Assembly: GCA_902535025.1 (NCBI GenBank) | Contig: CACARV010000001.1 | Location: forward strand, 4,161 to 68,160 | From: an uncultured Prochlorococcus sp. | GTDB lineage: Bacteria > Cyanobacteriota > Cyanobacteriia > PCC-6307 > Cyanobiaceae | Length of the DNA stretch: 64,000 bases | Direction: 5' to 3' | Part shown: piece by piece, positions 1 through 12,292 of the stretch | Layout of the letters: each line of letters begins with the position of its first letter | Position numbering within the stretch: the first letter of the stretch is position 1 | Made by a program: the position numbers and the translations under genes | The notes under the pieces: generated by a model | The model's input: the letters and a program-made list of their open reading frames with translations, nothing else | Database searches by the model: none | What the model was told of the DNA's origin: nothing

Positions 1-84
1 CAAATCAATTCTTTCCTATAATGGCGTGCAATTAATTTGGCGCCAGTTAGTTAGTATAAAAAGAATAAATTTTCATAAACTGTT

Positions 85-783
85 ATGACGTCAAATAAAG
101 TTATCGAAAAAAGTGAGGTTAGGGAGTATTTTAACGGTACTGGCTTTGAAAGATGGAATAAAATTTATAGTAAATCTGATGAAATTAATACAGTTCAGAA
201 AAATATTAGGAAGGGACATCAAAAAACTGTAGATGATGTAATCTCATACATCAAAAATTATCCTGAACTAACAAAAAAAAGTTTTTGTGATGCAGGATGT
301 GGTGTAGGAAGTCTTTCCATACCTTTATTAAGACTTGGTATAAAACAACTACAGGTAAGCGATATTTCTTCTGAAATGATTAAAGAAACAAAAAAACGTA
401 TTAATGAATTAGGTTTGAATCAAGGTAAAGTCAAATATGAAGTCTGTGATTTGGAAAAATTAAAAGGATTATTTGATGTTGTAGTTTGTTTGGATGTATT
501 TATTCATTATCCTCAACCGGTCGCAGAAGAAATGGTCCAACATCTATGCGATTTAAGCAAAGAAAAACTAATCGTTAGCTTTGCTCCTTATACTCCAGTT
601 CTTGCTGTTCTTAAAAATATTGGGAAATTATTTCCTGGGCCAAGTAAAACTACAAGAGCATATACCTTGAAAGAAAAGGGCATTATCCTTGCCGCTAAAG
701 AAAGAGGATTTAAAGTGATTAAAAAGAAATTAAATCAAGCTCCTTTTTATTTTTCAAAACTAATTGAATTCGAGAAAATTTAA
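85..783 (+). CDS. chlM: Mg-protoporphyrin IX O-methyltransferase
   Basis: EYFNGTGFERW N-terminal motif, SAM-binding DAGCGVG, CLDVFIHYP. Confidence 0.95.
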   Translation: MTSNKVIEKSEVREYFNGTGFERWNKIYSKSDEINTVQKNIRKGHQKTVDDVISYIKNYPELTKKSFCDAGCGVGSLSIPLLRLGIKQLQVSDISSEMIKETKKRINELGLNQGKVKYEVCDLEKLKGLFDVVVCLDVFIHYPQPVAEEMVQHLCDLSKEKLIVSFAPYTPVLAVLKNIGKLFPGPSKTTRAYTLKEKGIILAAKERGFKVIKKKLNQAPFYFSKLIEFEKI

Positions 784-787
784 TAAT

Positions 788-1516
788 TTACTTTACCAAA
801 TGATTTTCAAGTGCGTAACGAACTAATTCTGTTCGGCTAGATGTACCTGTCTTGATAAAAAGTCTACTTACATATTTTTCAACATTTCTAATAGATGTTT
901 CAAGCTGTCTTGCAATTTCCTTGTTCATCAGCCCCTCTGCTACTAATTGAAGTACACTTGCTTCTCTTGGAGTAAAACTAGGAAGATTTATTTTATTTTC
1001 TGAATTAGTGGGATTTTGGTCTGCGAGCATAGATTTTATTTCAGTAATTTGCTTCGCCATTTTGCTTACATCAATATCTGCGAATCGTGCGGCTTCTTTC
1101 AGTAAACGTTCTTGTCTGTTGATTACGTTTTTAACCCTCGCAGCTAATTCATCAGGGTCGAAAGGTTTGGAAATATAATCATCAACTCCTGCGAGATAAC
1201 CTTCTGTTCTATCTAGGGTCATTCCTTTTGCAGTTAGAAAAATAACTGGAGTTCCGCCTAATTTTTCATCCTCTCTAATTTTTTCTAATAAAGCATAACC
1301 GTTAGCTCGAGGCATCATAATATCGCTTATTATCAAATCAGGAAAAACTGTTTGAGCTTTTTCCCAACCGTCCTCTCCATCAACTGCAATAAATATTTCA
1401 AAGCCTTCATCTTCAAGAAATGTTTTTACAGCTGTTCTTAAACCGGGCTCATCATCAACTAGTAAAATTCTTGATTTTCTTACCGGCTCATTATTTGTTT
1501 GATTAACTTCATTCAT
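788..1516 (-). CDS. ycf29: NarL/LuxR-type two-component response regulator (Ycf29/Rre1-like)
   Basis: Receiver domain (LLVDDE, SDIMMP, KPF) plus C-terminal LuxR HTH (TPREASVLQLVAEGLMNKEIA). Confidence 0.8.
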   Translation of the reverse strand: MNEVNQTNNEPVRKSRILLVDDEPGLRTAVKTFLEDEGFEIFIAVDGEDGWEKAQTVFPDLIISDIMMPRANGYALLEKIREDEKLGGTPVIFLTAKGMTLDRTEGYLAGVDDYISKPFDPDELAARVKNVINRQERLLKEAARFADIDVSKMAKQITEIKSMLADQNPTNSENKINLPSFTPREASVLQLVAEGLMNKEIARQLETSIRNVEKYVSRLFIKTGTSSRTELVRYALENHLVK

Positions 1517-1575
1517 TTTTTGAATTCTTTAATTTGATTTTCTAGTAATAAAGAGAATTTTATATACTAAATACA

Positions 1576-2721
1576 ATGCTATCAACTCCCATACTACTAG
1601 ATTATCAATCTTCGACTCCTTGTTCTAAGGATGTTGTTGATTCTATGAAACCTTTTTGGAGTCATATATTTTCTAACCCTTCAAGCAAATCTAATTTAGC
1701 GGGTATTAACGCAAGCGCTATTTTGGAAGCCTCAAGAGAAAAAATAGAACAAAATTTATTTCTTAAGAATAAAAAAGTTATTTTTACAAGTGGCGCAACA
1801 GAATCTAACAACCTAGCCTTATTGGGTTTTGCGAGAAATTACTATAAAAAAACAGGAAATTATGGACATATCATTACCTTAAAAACGGAGCACAAAGCTG
1901 TACTTGAACCACTAAACCAACTAAAAAAAGAAGGGTTTAGAGTTACAGAAATTAACCCTCAGAAAGATGGATTAATTTCAGAAGAGCAATTCAAAAAAAA
2001 TATAAGAGAAGATACATTTATGGTTAGTGTTATGTTGGCTAATAACGAAATAGGAGTTATTCAGCCTGTAGAGAATATTTCTAAGATATGTAAATCGAGA
2101 GGAATAACTTTTCATTCTGATTTTGCACAATGTTTAGGTTACATCGAGTTAGACAATCTTTTATCAGAAGTAAATATGATAACGATGAGTTCTCACAAAA
2201 TATATGGTCCTAAAGGGGTAGGACTTCTTTTGATTGATGAAGAAATTAATCTTGAGCCTTTAATTGTTGGAGGCGGTCAGGAATATGGTCTCAGGTCTGG
2301 TACTATACCTCTCCCTTTAGTAGTTGGCTTTGCTAAAGCAATAGAGATAGCAGTTTTTAATCAAAAAAGTAATGCTGAGAAATTACTTTTTTATAGAAAT
2401 AATCTTTTGGAGGGTTTGTTAGAAAATAATTCTGGTTTATTAATTAATGGCTCCATAGACAAAAGATTACCTCAAAATTTAAATTTGACTGTATTGGATT
2501 TAAATGGAGCAAAGTTTCATAAAGTTTTAAAATCCAAAATAATTTGTTCTAGTGGATCTGCATGCAGTAATGGTGAACCATCTCATGTTTTACTAGCAAT
2601 AGGTAGATCTTTTAAGGAAGCAGAATCTTCAATAAGGTTAAGTATTGGATTAAGCACTAATTCAAAAGAGATAAAAGAAGCAATTCATATTCTTACAAAT
2701 ACGATCAAATCATTACGTTAG
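1576..2721 (+). CDS. iscS: Cysteine desulfurase (IscS/NifS group I)
   Basis: LDYQSSTP, FTSGATESNN, PLP lysine SSHKIYGPKG, catalytic SSGSACS. Confidence 0.9.
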   Translation: MLSTPILLDYQSSTPCSKDVVDSMKPFWSHIFSNPSSKSNLAGINASAILEASREKIEQNLFLKNKKVIFTSGATESNNLALLGFARNYYKKTGNYGHIITLKTEHKAVLEPLNQLKKEGFRVTEINPQKDGLISEEQFKKNIREDTFMVSVMLANNEIGVIQPVENISKICKSRGITFHSDFAQCLGYIELDNLLSEVNMITMSSHKIYGPKGVGLLLIDEEINLEPLIVGGGQEYGLRSGTIPLPLVVGFAKAIEIAVFNQKSNAEKLLFYRNNLLEGLLENNSGLLINGSIDKRLPQNLNLTVLDLNGAKFHKVLKSKIICSSGSACSNGEPSHVLLAIGRSFKEAESSIRLSIGLSTNSKEIKEAIHILTNTIKSLR

Positions 2722-2724
2722 AAA

Positions 2725-3633
2725 TTATTGGCTTCTTAATTGAGCAATTCTTAATTTTCCACTTCTAGCTCTTCTATTTAGTTCAACTTCTTGTTCGGAT
2801 GGAGTAATCGGTTTTTTTGTCAGGTTTTTTAGTCTTTGATCATTCAAAAAAGAACTTTTAACTAACCTATCTTCAAGGGAATGAAAACTAATAATAGAAA
2901 TAATACCCCCTGGCAAAAGCCATTCAGGAACAACTTGCAAAAATCTTTCTAATGCTTCAATTTCTTTATTAACAGCAATTCTTAGTGCTTGAAATGTTCT
3001 TGTTGCTGGGTGTATTTTTTTATATCTAAGTTTTGGTGGGAAGCAGCCTGCAATAGAATAAGCTAACTCTTTTGTCCCAGAATATTTCCCATATTCCTTC
3101 AAATCCATTTTTATTTTCCTAGCAATCTTTCTTGATAATCTCTCATCTCCATATTTATAAATTAGGTTAGCTAGATCTTTTTCATTTAAAGCCTCAATTA
3201 ATTTCTCTGCATCAATTTCAAGAAGAGGATTCATGCGCATATCAAGTGGACCATCTTTTTGGAAACTAAATCCTCTTTTAGGGTCATCAATTTGGTTACT
3301 ATTTACTCCAAGATCTGCAATCACAAAAGAAACTTTTTCTTTTGGTACAAAATCTGCAAAATTTGAAGCTCTTATATCAATCCTATTTTTAAATTCTTCA
3401 AGTTTTTTTTGTGCTGATATTCTTGCGAATGGATCTTGATCAAGTCCAATTATATTTAAATCCGAATATTTTCTCAATAAATGATAAGAGTGTCCTCCTC
3501 CGCCTAAAGTTGCATCTATTCCTTTAAGTTGGTTGTTATGTATTAATGGGTAATGCTCTAATGAGGCAATAATCTCATCTTTCATAACTGATTTATGATT
3601 GAAAAAAGATGAATTAGATAGGTCAGTTTGCAT
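2725..3633 (-). CDS. rsmH: 16S rRNA m4C1402 methyltransferase
   Basis: DATLGGGGHS, DLGVNS, GPLDMRM, HPATRTFQALRIAVN, SFHSLEDR. Confidence 0.95.
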   Translation of the reverse strand: MQTDLSNSSFFNHKSVMKDEIIASLEHYPLIHNNQLKGIDATLGGGGHSYHLLRKYSDLNIIGLDQDPFARISAQKKLEEFKNRIDIRASNFADFVPKEKVSFVIADLGVNSNQIDDPKRGFSFQKDGPLDMRMNPLLEIDAEKLIEALNEKDLANLIYKYGDERLSRKIARKIKMDLKEYGKYSGTKELAYSIAGCFPPKLRYKKIHPATRTFQALRIAVNKEIEALERFLQVVPEWLLPGGIISIISFHSLEDRLVKSSFLNDQRLKNLTKKPITPSEQEVELNRRARSGKLRIAQLRSQ

Positions 3634-3671
3634 AACTTTCGACTAAGATTCAAATAGAAGTTAAATTTCGA

Positions 3672-4859
3672 ATGGCTCAGCTAGAGACTAGAACAGAACC
3701 AATGGTGGTCAATTTTGGCCCTCACCATCCCTCAATGCATGGTGTTTTAAGGCTAGTTGTAACTCTTGATGGTGAGAATGTCATTGATTGTGAACCTGTA
3801 ATTGGATATTTGCATAGAGGAATGGAAAAGATAGCTGAAAATAGGACAAATGTAATGTATGTCCCTTATGTAAGCAGAATGGATTATGCAGCAGGAATGT
3901 TTTATGAAGCTATTGTAGTAAATGCTCCTGAAAGATTAGCTAATATACCAGTTCCTAAAAGAGCAAGTTACATCAGAGTTCTTATGCTGGAACTTAATCG
4001 TATTGCCAATCATCTTTTATGGCTTGGTCCCTTTTTAGCAGACGTAGGAGCTCAAACTCCTTTTTTCTATATTTTTAGAGAGAGAGAAATGATTTATGAT
4101 CTTTGGGAAGCTGCTACTGGACAAAGACTGATAAATAATAATTTCTTTAGAATAGGTGGTGTCGCATGTGATCTTCCTTATGGATGGTTAGAAAAATGCA
4201 TGGATTTTTGTGATTGGTTTGGTCCAAAGATTGATGAATACGAAAAATTAATCACAAATAATCCAATTTTTCGAAAAAGAATTGAAGGTCTCGGAACAAT
4301 AAAAAGAGACCAAGCAATTAATTGGTCTTTGTCTGGACCAATGCTTAGAGCTTCTGGAGTTTCCTGGGATTTAAGGAAAGTCGATAGTTATGAATGTTAT
4401 GACGATTTTGATTGGCAGATTGCTTCAGAAAAAGAGGGAGATTGTTATGCGAGATATCGAGTAAGAGTTGAAGAGATGAGACAATCACTAAGCATCATTC
4501 GTCAAGCATGCAAAATGATTCCAGGAGGTCCAACAGAAAATTTAGAAGCTCAAAGAATGGCCACAGAAGATAAGAAAAGTGAAATATTTGGTCTTGACTA
4601 TCAATATGTAGCTAAGAAGGTTGCTCCAACTTTTAAAATTCCCAACGGAGAATTGTATACAAGATTAGAGTCCGGTAAAGGAGAAATAGGTGTATTTATT
4701 CAAGGAAATAATGAAGTTACCCCATGGAGATTTAAAATCAGAGCAGCTGATTTAAATAATTTGCAAATATTGCCTCATATTCTTAAAGGTGCCAAAATTG
4801 CCGATATTATGGCAATCCTTGGTTCAATAGATGTCATTATGGGATCTGTTGATAGATAG
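3672..4859 (+). CDS. ndhH: NAD(P)H-quinone oxidoreductase subunit H
   Basis: [25 protein letters not shown]-terminal DVIMGSVDR. Confidence 0.97.
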   Translation: MAQLETRTEPMVVNFGPHHPSMHGVLRLVVTLDGENVIDCEPVIGYLHRGMEKIAENRTNVMYVPYVSRMDYAAGMFYEAIVVNAPERLANIPVPKRASYIRVLMLELNRIANHLLWLGPFLADVGAQTPFFYIFREREMIYDLWEAATGQRLINNNFFRIGGVACDLPYGWLEKCMDFCDWFGPKIDEYEKLITNNPIFRKRIEGLGTIKRDQAINWSLSGPMLRASGVSWDLRKVDSYECYDDFDWQIASEKEGDCYARYRVRVEEMRQSLSIIRQACKMIPGGPTENLEAQRMATEDKKSEIFGLDYQYVAKKVAPTFKIPNGELYTRLESGKGEIGVFIQGNNEVTPWRFKIRAADLNNLQILPHILKGAKIADIMAILGSIDVIMGSVDR

Positions 4860-4868
4860 TTTTTTTAA

Positions 4869-5321
<453 letters not shown>

Positions 5322-5324
5322 TTA

Positions 5325-6527
5325 TTATTTTTTAAATTTATAGTTTATTTTTTCTGCACTTGTATTTTTGTTTTTAACAATCCACTTTTCAGGTTTTTCA
5401 TGTTTAGGCCAACTTTGAGAAAAATTTTTTAATAAATTTAATGAATTTTCCATATTTTTATGATTTGTAAGTTCTTTAAATTCAACAATTATTTTAATTT
5501 TATTTCCCCATAATTTGTCGGATACTTTTGAAATATTGAATTTATTAATTGGGATATTTTCTTTCAAAATGAAATCATTTAATCGAGATTCAATTACTTC
5601 TGGGAAAACGATTTCTCCTCCTGAATTAAAAGCATTATCACTTCTTCCAAGAAAGTTTAAATATGACGAATTATTGATTTGATTAATTCTACCCAAATCT
5701 CCAGTTTGCCACCACCCATTTTTATTTTTGAAGTTTCCAGTTTTTGAAGAGTCTATTATTTCGATTCCAATTCTGGCTGATTTTATTTCGATTAATCCTT
5801 GTGCGTTAATTCTTATTTTTGTATCAGGTAGTATTTCGCCTACATTTTTAAAACCCATTAGGAATTCTTTTGGTTTTAAAGTCGTAACCATTGCTGCGGT
5901 TTCAGTTGAGCCGTAACAAGGTGCTAATTTTATTTTTTCTTGTATACATTGTTGTGCAGTTTCGCTTGAAATTGAAGCCCCACCTACCCAAATTAGATCA
6001 AAAATTTTTAGCCAACTAATACCATCTTTTTGAGTTAAAAGTCTTTGTAATTGGGTAGGCACTAATGACGTAATCAAGTGTTTTTTGTTTTTTTTAGATT
6101 TAATTGTAAAAAGCAAAAGTTCTCTAGTTTTTTTTATTAAATTCGGAGAAATATTAATACAATCACATCCCCAAGTTTGACTTCTAAAAATTGGCATTAA
6201 TCCGCTTATATGGTTCAGGGGTAAAGTATTTAAAATTAAGCAGTTTTGTAAATCAAATCCTTGCTCTATAAGCCATTGACCCGATGTAGCTGCAGATAAT
6301 TTAAGATTATCTAAATGGTGAAAACATTGCCTGGGTTTTCCGGAACTCCCACTACTGTTTAAGATGATTGCTGGTCCATTTGCATTAATAGAATCTAATA
6401 CATCTTCGTTTTCAAAAAATTTGTTTTTTACATAAATAATTTTATTCTCTCTAATTTTTTTAATAATTTTCTCTACAGATTTAGTTTCATTATTTTCAAC
6501 TTTAATAATATGAACTTTATTTTTCAT
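5325..6527 (-). CDS. menE: O-succinylbenzoate-CoA ligase
   Basis: AMP-binding SSGSSGKPR, YGSTETAA, TGDLG, GRSD; start moved to ATG 6527, which forms an ATGA overlap with the menC stop. Confidence 0.85.
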   Translation of the reverse strand: MKNKVHIIKVENNETKSVEKIIKKIRENKIIYVKNKFFENEDVLDSINANGPAIILNSSGSSGKPRQCFHHLDNLKLSAATSGQWLIEQGFDLQNCLILNTLPLNHISGLMPIFRSQTWGCDCINISPNLIKKTRELLLFTIKSKKNKKHLITSLVPTQLQRLLTQKDGISWLKIFDLIWVGGASISSETAQQCIQEKIKLAPCYGSTETAAMVTTLKPKEFLMGFKNVGEILPDTKIRINAQGLIEIKSARIGIEIIDSSKTGNFKNKNGWWQTGDLGRINQINNSSYLNFLGRSDNAFNSGGEIVFPEVIESRLNDFILKENIPINKFNISKVSDKLWGNKIKIIVEFKELTNHKNMENSLNLLKNFSQSWPKHEKPEKWIVKNKNTSAEKINYKFKK

Positions 6528-7489
6528 AGTTGATCCCATATCTTTTTTGCTTCATTTAAAAATAGAAACGAATTAGGAAATTTATTCATTGCCAGACCAG
6601 AAACTTTTGGAGTTGGTCCTTGTAATTGTAGTGAAGATAAATGATAAAGCCATCTCCTTCCTATTCCAGTTTCAAATGAGGTACTTATAGATATTAAAGC
6701 TTTTTTATTTTCTAATTCTCTTAAAAGCTTTACTGGATTATTTTCTTGTGAAGGTCTTCGAATTTGCCAACCCTTCCATTCATCAATCAAAGTTGGAAAT
6801 TTTAAAAGTGATTCGTCTAAAGCTATTGGAATTTTTTTGTTGAGATCTGTAAGCCCATCAAGATCATCGACACAAAGAGGTTGTTCTAACCAATCTATAT
6901 TTTTGTTATCTTTTAAAATATCAGCCCATCTATTTGCTATCTTTCTTCCCCAGGAACCATTAGCATCTATTCTTAAATTAATATTATTATCTATTTGGCT
7001 TAAAATTTCTTCTAAAATTGCTTCTTCCTCATGGTTTTTTTTTAATGCTACTTTCCATTTTATGGTCACTGATTTTCCAATCTTAGATTGTCTTTTTTTA
7101 ATTTCATTTAGATCTGAAAATACATTTTCAGGATTTAAAAGTATGGCTGTTTTATCAATTTGATCGAAGGAATAGTTTTCTTTAAAAATGATTTTCCCAT
7201 TTATCTCTGCTAATGCTGAATTTATTGCAGATTGAATGCATGGGTGAAAAATATTTATTTGCTCAGATAAATTAAATACTTCTATATACTCAGGAATCAT
7301 TTTTAATTGTTTTGCACATTTTTTTAAGTCCTCTTCTAGAAGCGGTGCAACTTCTCCAAACCCAATTTTCTTATCATTACTTGTTAATTTAATTATCCAA
7401 CCTGATTTTGTGAGGTAAGTGGTTTTAGAATTTTTTACTTTTGTGGATAACTTAAAGTTATATGATTTTTTTTTAAATATTAAGTTCAT
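6524..7489 (-). CDS. menC: O-succinylbenzoate synthase
   Basis: Enolase-superfamily motifs KWKV, RIDANGSW, EQP, LDES; within men cluster. Confidence 0.9.
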   Translation of the reverse strand: MNLIFKKKSYNFKLSTKVKNSKTTYLTKSGWIIKLTSNDKKIGFGEVAPLLEEDLKKCAKQLKMIPEYIEVFNLSEQINIFHPCIQSAINSALAEINGKIIFKENYSFDQIDKTAILLNPENVFSDLNEIKKRQSKIGKSVTIKWKVALKKNHEEEAILEEILSQIDNNINLRIDANGSWGRKIANRWADILKDNKNIDWLEQPLCVDDLDGLTDLNKKIPIALDESLLKFPTLIDEWKGWQIRRPSQENNPVKLLRELENKKALISISTSFETGIGRRWLYHLSSLQLQGPTPKVSGLAMNKFPNSFLFLNEAKKIWDQL

Positions 7490-8403
7490 TTATTAATCAA
7501 GTAATTAAATATTAATCCCGTGATTAAGCCAACTCCATTAAGAGTTTGAAATTTTATTGCCACGAATTTGGAATTTTTTATTGTTGAAGTTATGTTATGT
7601 GAAGAGTGTAATAAATTTATAAGCTTTATTGCTTGTGGGTAACTAATTAAATAGAGGATACAAAAAACTGGAATAAATCCAGTAACTATTGTGAAAAGTT
7701 GAAAAATATATATTGTAAAAATTATCCAAGGTACAAATTTAGAACCTTTTTTTGCTCCTAAGCGAACTAAAGGTGAGTTTTTCCCATGCTTTTTATCTTC
7801 AGAAATTTGATGGAAATGGGAACAAAATAATACTAGAGTTGTTGCCAGTGAAGGTCCAGAACCTAGTAATAAAGAAACTTTCCATGGAATATCTTCGAAA
7901 TAAATATTAGACGGATTTAAAGCAATTAAGATTGCAGAGTAAGCAAAAGGTCCAAATGCAAGCCAGCATAATGGTTCTCCTAAACCTTGATAGCCAAATC
8001 TAAAAGGAGGTCCTTGATATAAATATCCTAAGAAGCAGCAAGTTGCTACTAAAATTAAAATGTTTATACTTGTTGATACTGAAATAATTGAAATTATTAA
8101 TAAACCAATAACTAAAGATATATATGCAATAAATGAAATTATTTTTTTATTTTTTACAAGATTTACAATTGAATGGAATTTAAATTCATCTATTCCTGTT
8201 TCTGAGTCAAATAAATCATTAGTTAGATTTTCCCAAAGTAGTATCAAAATTGCAGCTAAAGTAAATGCAATCAAATTATAAATTTTTACTTTTTCATATT
8301 GATTGAGTAAATAAGCCCCTGTAATAAAAACTGGAAGAATGGCAACAGAATAAAGAGGCCATTTTATTGCTTGTTTCCATAATTTTTTTTTATTTTCGTC
8401 CAT
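7486..8403 (-). CDS. menA: DHNA phytyl/prenyltransferase
   Basis: UbiA-family membrane protein, NLTNDLFD, YQGPPFR, EDKKHGK. Confidence 0.9.
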   Translation of the reverse strand: MDENKKKLWKQAIKWPLYSVAILPVFITGAYLLNQYEKVKIYNLIAFTLAAILILLWENLTNDLFDSETGIDEFKFHSIVNLVKNKKIISFIAYISLVIGLLIISIISVSTSINILILVATCCFLGYLYQGPPFRFGYQGLGEPLCWLAFGPFAYSAILIALNPSNIYFEDIPWKVSLLLGSGPSLATTLVLFCSHFHQISEDKKHGKNSPLVRLGAKKGSKFVPWIIFTIYIFQLFTIVTGFIPVFCILYLISYPQAIKLINLLHSSHNITSTIKNSKFVAIKFQTLNGVGLITGLIFNYLINK

Positions 8404-8504
8404 TTTTAATTAACATACAAAATTCCTTAATTATTAAATCTAGTTTATAAATTGAGTTACATTTTTTACTTTATTGCATTATTTTTAGTTATTTTCAATA
8501 AGTA

Positions 8505-9914
8505 ATGAAAAATGATTCAAAATTTACAGATTTTTTAAAAGATGTATTTTCCTCTTTCGATAAGAAAGTGGAAAATTCTGGATTAGTAAGTATTTGTGTT
8601 GAGATTCCTTTTATTGATTTATTTCAAGTATATGAATTATTTATAAATAAATATACGTTTTCTTCATTTTGGGAGGAATCTGATGGCATTTCATATATTG
8701 CTTTCGAGAAATGTAAATATGTTACTTTGGATGGTCCAAAAAGATTTGAGGTAGCAAATGAGTTTAATTCTGAGAATTTTAAAAATTTAATTAACTTGAC
8801 TAATGAAACAGATAATTCTGCACTTTCAAAAATAATTTATTTATTTTCTTTTTCTGAAAATTTGAATAATAATTTATCTTCAGATGTCCCTAGTTTGGAA
8901 GCAATCTTACCAAAAATACTAATTATTAAAAGTGATAAGAATTGCTGGTTAAGAATCAATGGTCACGTTGAAAGTAAATCATCATTAAGAACTTTAATTG
9001 AAGAAATATGGACAATTAGAAATCAAGTAATTAATTCTGGCACAGAATTAATAAAATTATCTGGCTCAAAAACTAGTTTTGATTTCCCTATTATTGATGA
9101 CTTCTTAAATTCTTTAGAAACTTCTAATGTAAATTTGAAAAAAGTAGTAAATAGAGGAATTCAATTAGTAGAGAAAGGCATCCTCGAAAAAATAGTTTTA
9201 GCTAATAGGATTAAAATAAAGCTTAAAAATAAATTAGATTTAGTAGAAATTTTAAAAAGATTTAAAAAGAATCAACCAAATACATGTAGATATGTTTGGA
9301 AAAGGAATAGTAAGGATATTTTGTTTGGAGCTTCTCCAGAAAAATTATTTTCTTTTAATAAACCTCATTTAACTTTGGAGGCTCTTGCTGGAACTATCTC
9401 AACTAATTCAAATTTTGAGAAACTCCTAAAAAGTACTAAAGACTTAAAGGAACATAATTATGTAATAAATTATTTGATTAAATGTTTAGAAGTCTCAAAA
9501 ATAACAAACTTTAAAAAAAGTGATATCAGGGTAAATTCATTTGGAGATATTTCTCATTTGCAAACACTCATTTTCTCTAATGTTGAAAATATATGTCCTT
9601 TTGAATTGCTTAAAAACCTTCATCCATCTCCGGCTGTTTGTGGATACCCAAAACATGCAGCATTAGATTGGATAAACACTCTTGAGTCATTTTCTAGAGG
9701 AAATTATGCTTCTCCAATGGGTTGGGTTGATGCTTCAGGAAATGCTTCATTTCTTTTAACAATAAGAGGAGCAAGATATATTGAAGAAAATATTGAATTT
9801 ACTGCCGGTTCAGGTATTGTTTCGGGTTCTGTTTTAGAGAAAGAAATAGATGAGATTAAATTAAAATTTGAATCTATAGTAAAACAAATATTTTTCGCTA
9901 AAAATCTTAGATAA
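8505..9914 (+). CDS. menF: Isochorismate synthase
   Basis: [28 protein letters not shown] chorismate-binding motifs. Confidence 0.9.
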   Translation: MKNDSKFTDFLKDVFSSFDKKVENSGLVSICVEIPFIDLFQVYELFINKYTFSSFWEESDGISYIAFEKCKYVTLDGPKRFEVANEFNSENFKNLINLTNETDNSALSKIIYLFSFSENLNNNLSSDVPSLEAILPKILIIKSDKNCWLRINGHVESKSSLRTLIEEIWTIRNQVINSGTELIKLSGSKTSFDFPIIDDFLNSLETSNVNLKKVVNRGIQLVEKGILEKIVLANRIKIKLKNKLDLVEILKRFKKNQPNTCRYVWKRNSKDILFGASPEKLFSFNKPHLTLEALAGTISTNSNFEKLLKSTKDLKEHNYVINYLIKCLEVSKITNFKKSDIRVNSFGDISHLQTLIFSNVENICPFELLKNLHPSPAVCGYPKHAALDWINTLESFSRGNYASPMGWVDASGNASFLLTIRGARYIEENIEFTAGSGIVSGSVLEKEIDEIKLKFESIVKQIFFAKNLR

Positions 9915-10830
9915 TTTCTACTAATTTTTCAATAACTTCCTCTGAAACATTCTTATTGGATAAATTTTCTATTTCTCTTAAACCTGTTGGACTAGTCACA
10001 TTAATCTCGCTAAGCATTCCATTTATTACATCGATACCCACAAAAAATAAACCTTCATCTTTAAAATGTTGAGATAACTCTGAACAGATACTTTTTTCTT
10101 TTTCTGTTAATAGTGTTGGTTCAGCCTTCCCGCCCATTGCTAAATTACTCCTAAAATCTCCTCCTTGAGGGATTCTATTTATAGATCCAATCGCTTCACC
10201 ATTTACGATAATTATTCTTTTATCGCCTTCTATAACTTCAGGAATAAATTTTTGCATCATAACGGGTAATTCTTCTTGGGAAGTGATTAATTCAATGATT
10301 GATTTAATACCTGGTGAATTTTTATTTATTCTGATAACACCTTGACCACCCTTCCCCCCAAGAGGTTTTATGACCACTTCATTATTTATATTTGCAAAAT
10401 TAATAAGATCTTTTACCTTACTCGCTACTATTGTAGGTGCCATTAAGTGGCTGTATCTCAAAGCACCTAGCTTTTCATTCCATGCTCTTAACGATGAAGG
10501 TTTGTTAACTACTTTTACACCTTTTCTTTCGGCAACTTCTAAAAGATGGGTCGCATATAAATAAGCCTCATTTACAGGAGGATCTTTTCTCATCCAAATA
10601 CAATTAAATTCTGCGAGAGGGATGCAATCATTCTTTTTGAAAGAAATCCACGGATTGACTTCAACTTTTACGGAAGATGCCCATACTTCATCACCTCTAG
10701 CTTCAAGGTCTTGAGGAGTACAACTCCAGATTTCAATATTTTTTTTGGATGATGCTTGCATTAAAGCAGCAGATGAATCTTTGAGAGGATTTATATTTTT
10801 TATTGGATCTATTACGAATAGAAATTTCAT
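9907..10830 (-). CDS. gshB: Glutathione synthetase
   Basis: [33 protein letters not shown]. Confidence 0.95.
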   Translation of the reverse strand: MKFLFVIDPIKNINPLKDSSAALMQASSKKNIEIWSCTPQDLEARGDEVWASSVKVEVNPWISFKKNDCIPLAEFNCIWMRKDPPVNEAYLYATHLLEVAERKGVKVVNKPSSLRAWNEKLGALRYSHLMAPTIVASKVKDLINFANINNEVVIKPLGGKGGQGVIRINKNSPGIKSIIELITSQEELPVMMQKFIPEVIEGDKRIIIVNGEAIGSINRIPQGGDFRSNLAMGGKAEPTLLTEKEKSICSELSQHFKDEGLFFVGIDVINGMLSEINVTSPTGLREIENLSNKNVSEEVIEKLVEII

Positions 10831-10835
10831 AAGAT

Positions 10836-11090
10836 CTAGTTTAATAATGAGTCTAATTTATTTTCATTTTCTAATATGTAAAGATCGTCGCAGCCCCCGA
10901 TACCCTCATTATCTATAAATATTTGTGGTAATGTTCTTCTACCGTCAGCTCTTTTAGTCATCAATGATCTGGCATCTTCATCGCCATCAATCTTATATTC
11001 TGTGAAATTTATATTTTTTTTCTTGAGCAAGGATTTTGCTCGAATACAGAATGGGCAATATTGCCAAGTATAAATTTCAACTTTGGACAT
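10836..11090 (-). CDS. grxC: Glutaredoxin 3
   Basis: CPFC active site, TLPQIFI, GGCDDL. Confidence 0.92.
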   Translation of the reverse strand: MSKVEIYTWQYCPFCIRAKSLLKKKNINFTEYKIDGDEDARSLMTKRADGRRTLPQIFIDNEGIGGCDDLYILENENKLDSLLN

Positions 11091-11166
11091 TTTTTTAAAA
11101 TAATACTTAGTTTATACTATTAAACAGATGTGCTTGTTAGATTATAAATAACGATTAAATTCTAAT

Positions 11167-12289
11167 TTGATAGATATTACAGATTTCAAAAAAGATCTTT
11201 CGGAACTAACAGTGCGCCTGGGCAATGCTCAGGATTGTCTTTGACGTTCCAAGATTAAAAGCAAAAAGAAAAGAATTAGAGCAAATTTCTGCTCAGCCTG
11301 AATTTTGGGAAAATCAAGAAGAAGCGAAAAAACAAATGTTAATCCTCGATGATGTTAAAGCACAACTAGAATTGTTAGATAAATGGAAAACTTTAATTTC
11401 TGATGCCAATGCCTCTCTTGAGCTTTATTCTTTAGAACCTGAAGAGGAAATGATTCTGGAATCCCAGAATGGCTTAAATAAATTAAGAGATAATTTAGAT
11501 AAATGGGAATTTGAAAGATTGTTATGTGGTGAATACGATAAGGAAGGAGCAGTAGTTTCTATAAACGCAGGTGCGGGTGGAACAGATGCACAGGATTGGG
11601 TAGAGATATTATTGAGAATGTATTCAAGATGGGCCGACAATAATCAAATGAGCCTTAGCATTAATGATTTATCTCAAGGAGAAGAAGCAGGCATTAAAAG
11701 TGTAACGTTTGAAATTGATGGAAAATATGCATACGGCTATCTGCAACATGAAAAAGGAACTCATAGATTAGTAAGAATTTCTCCTTTCAATGCTAATGGC
11801 AAAAGACAAACCAGCTTTGCTGGGGTAGAGGTTATGCCAAAATTAGATGATAATATTTCACTTGATATACCTGAAAAAGATTTAGAAATTTCAACGAGTA
11901 GATCCGGTGGAGCTGGAGGACAAAATGTTAATAAAGTAGAGACAGCAGTAAGAATTGTACATTTGCCTTCAGGGATTTCAGTAAGATGTACCCAAGAAAG
12001 ATCTCAATTACAAAATAAAGAAAAAGCAATGTTACTACTTAAGTCTAAACTGCTAGTGATTGCCAAAGAACAACGAGCTGCAGAAGTCGCTGATATTAAA
12101 GGTGATATTGTGGAAGCTGCATGGGGCAATCAAATAAGAAATTATGTTTTTCACCCCTATCAAATGGTAAAAGATCTTAGGACTATGCAGGAGACTAATG
12201 ACTTAGATAATGTTTTAAATGGTGGACTTGAACCATTTATTCATGAATTATTACGCAAGAATATTTCTTCTAAGGAATCTATAGATTAA
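11167..12289 (+). CDS. prfB: Peptide chain release factor 2, expressed by programmed +1 frameshift (373 aa)
   Basis: TTG 11167 opens [25 protein letters not shown] ending in CTT TGA C (11239-11245); +1 frame continues DVPRLK... with SPF and GGQ motifs. Confidence 0.95.
11231..11245 (+). promoter_or_regulatory. prfB frameshift cassette (internal SD-like AGGA + CTT TGA C)
   Basis: Sequence AGGATTGTCTTTGAC matches the conserved RF2 autoregulatory slippery site. Confidence 0.9.
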
Positions 12290-12292
12290 CTA

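Noticed and set aside
1-40. Possible TTG start and SD of a minus-strand gene leaving the window
   Set aside because: Only one codon would be inside the window, so it cannot be supported.
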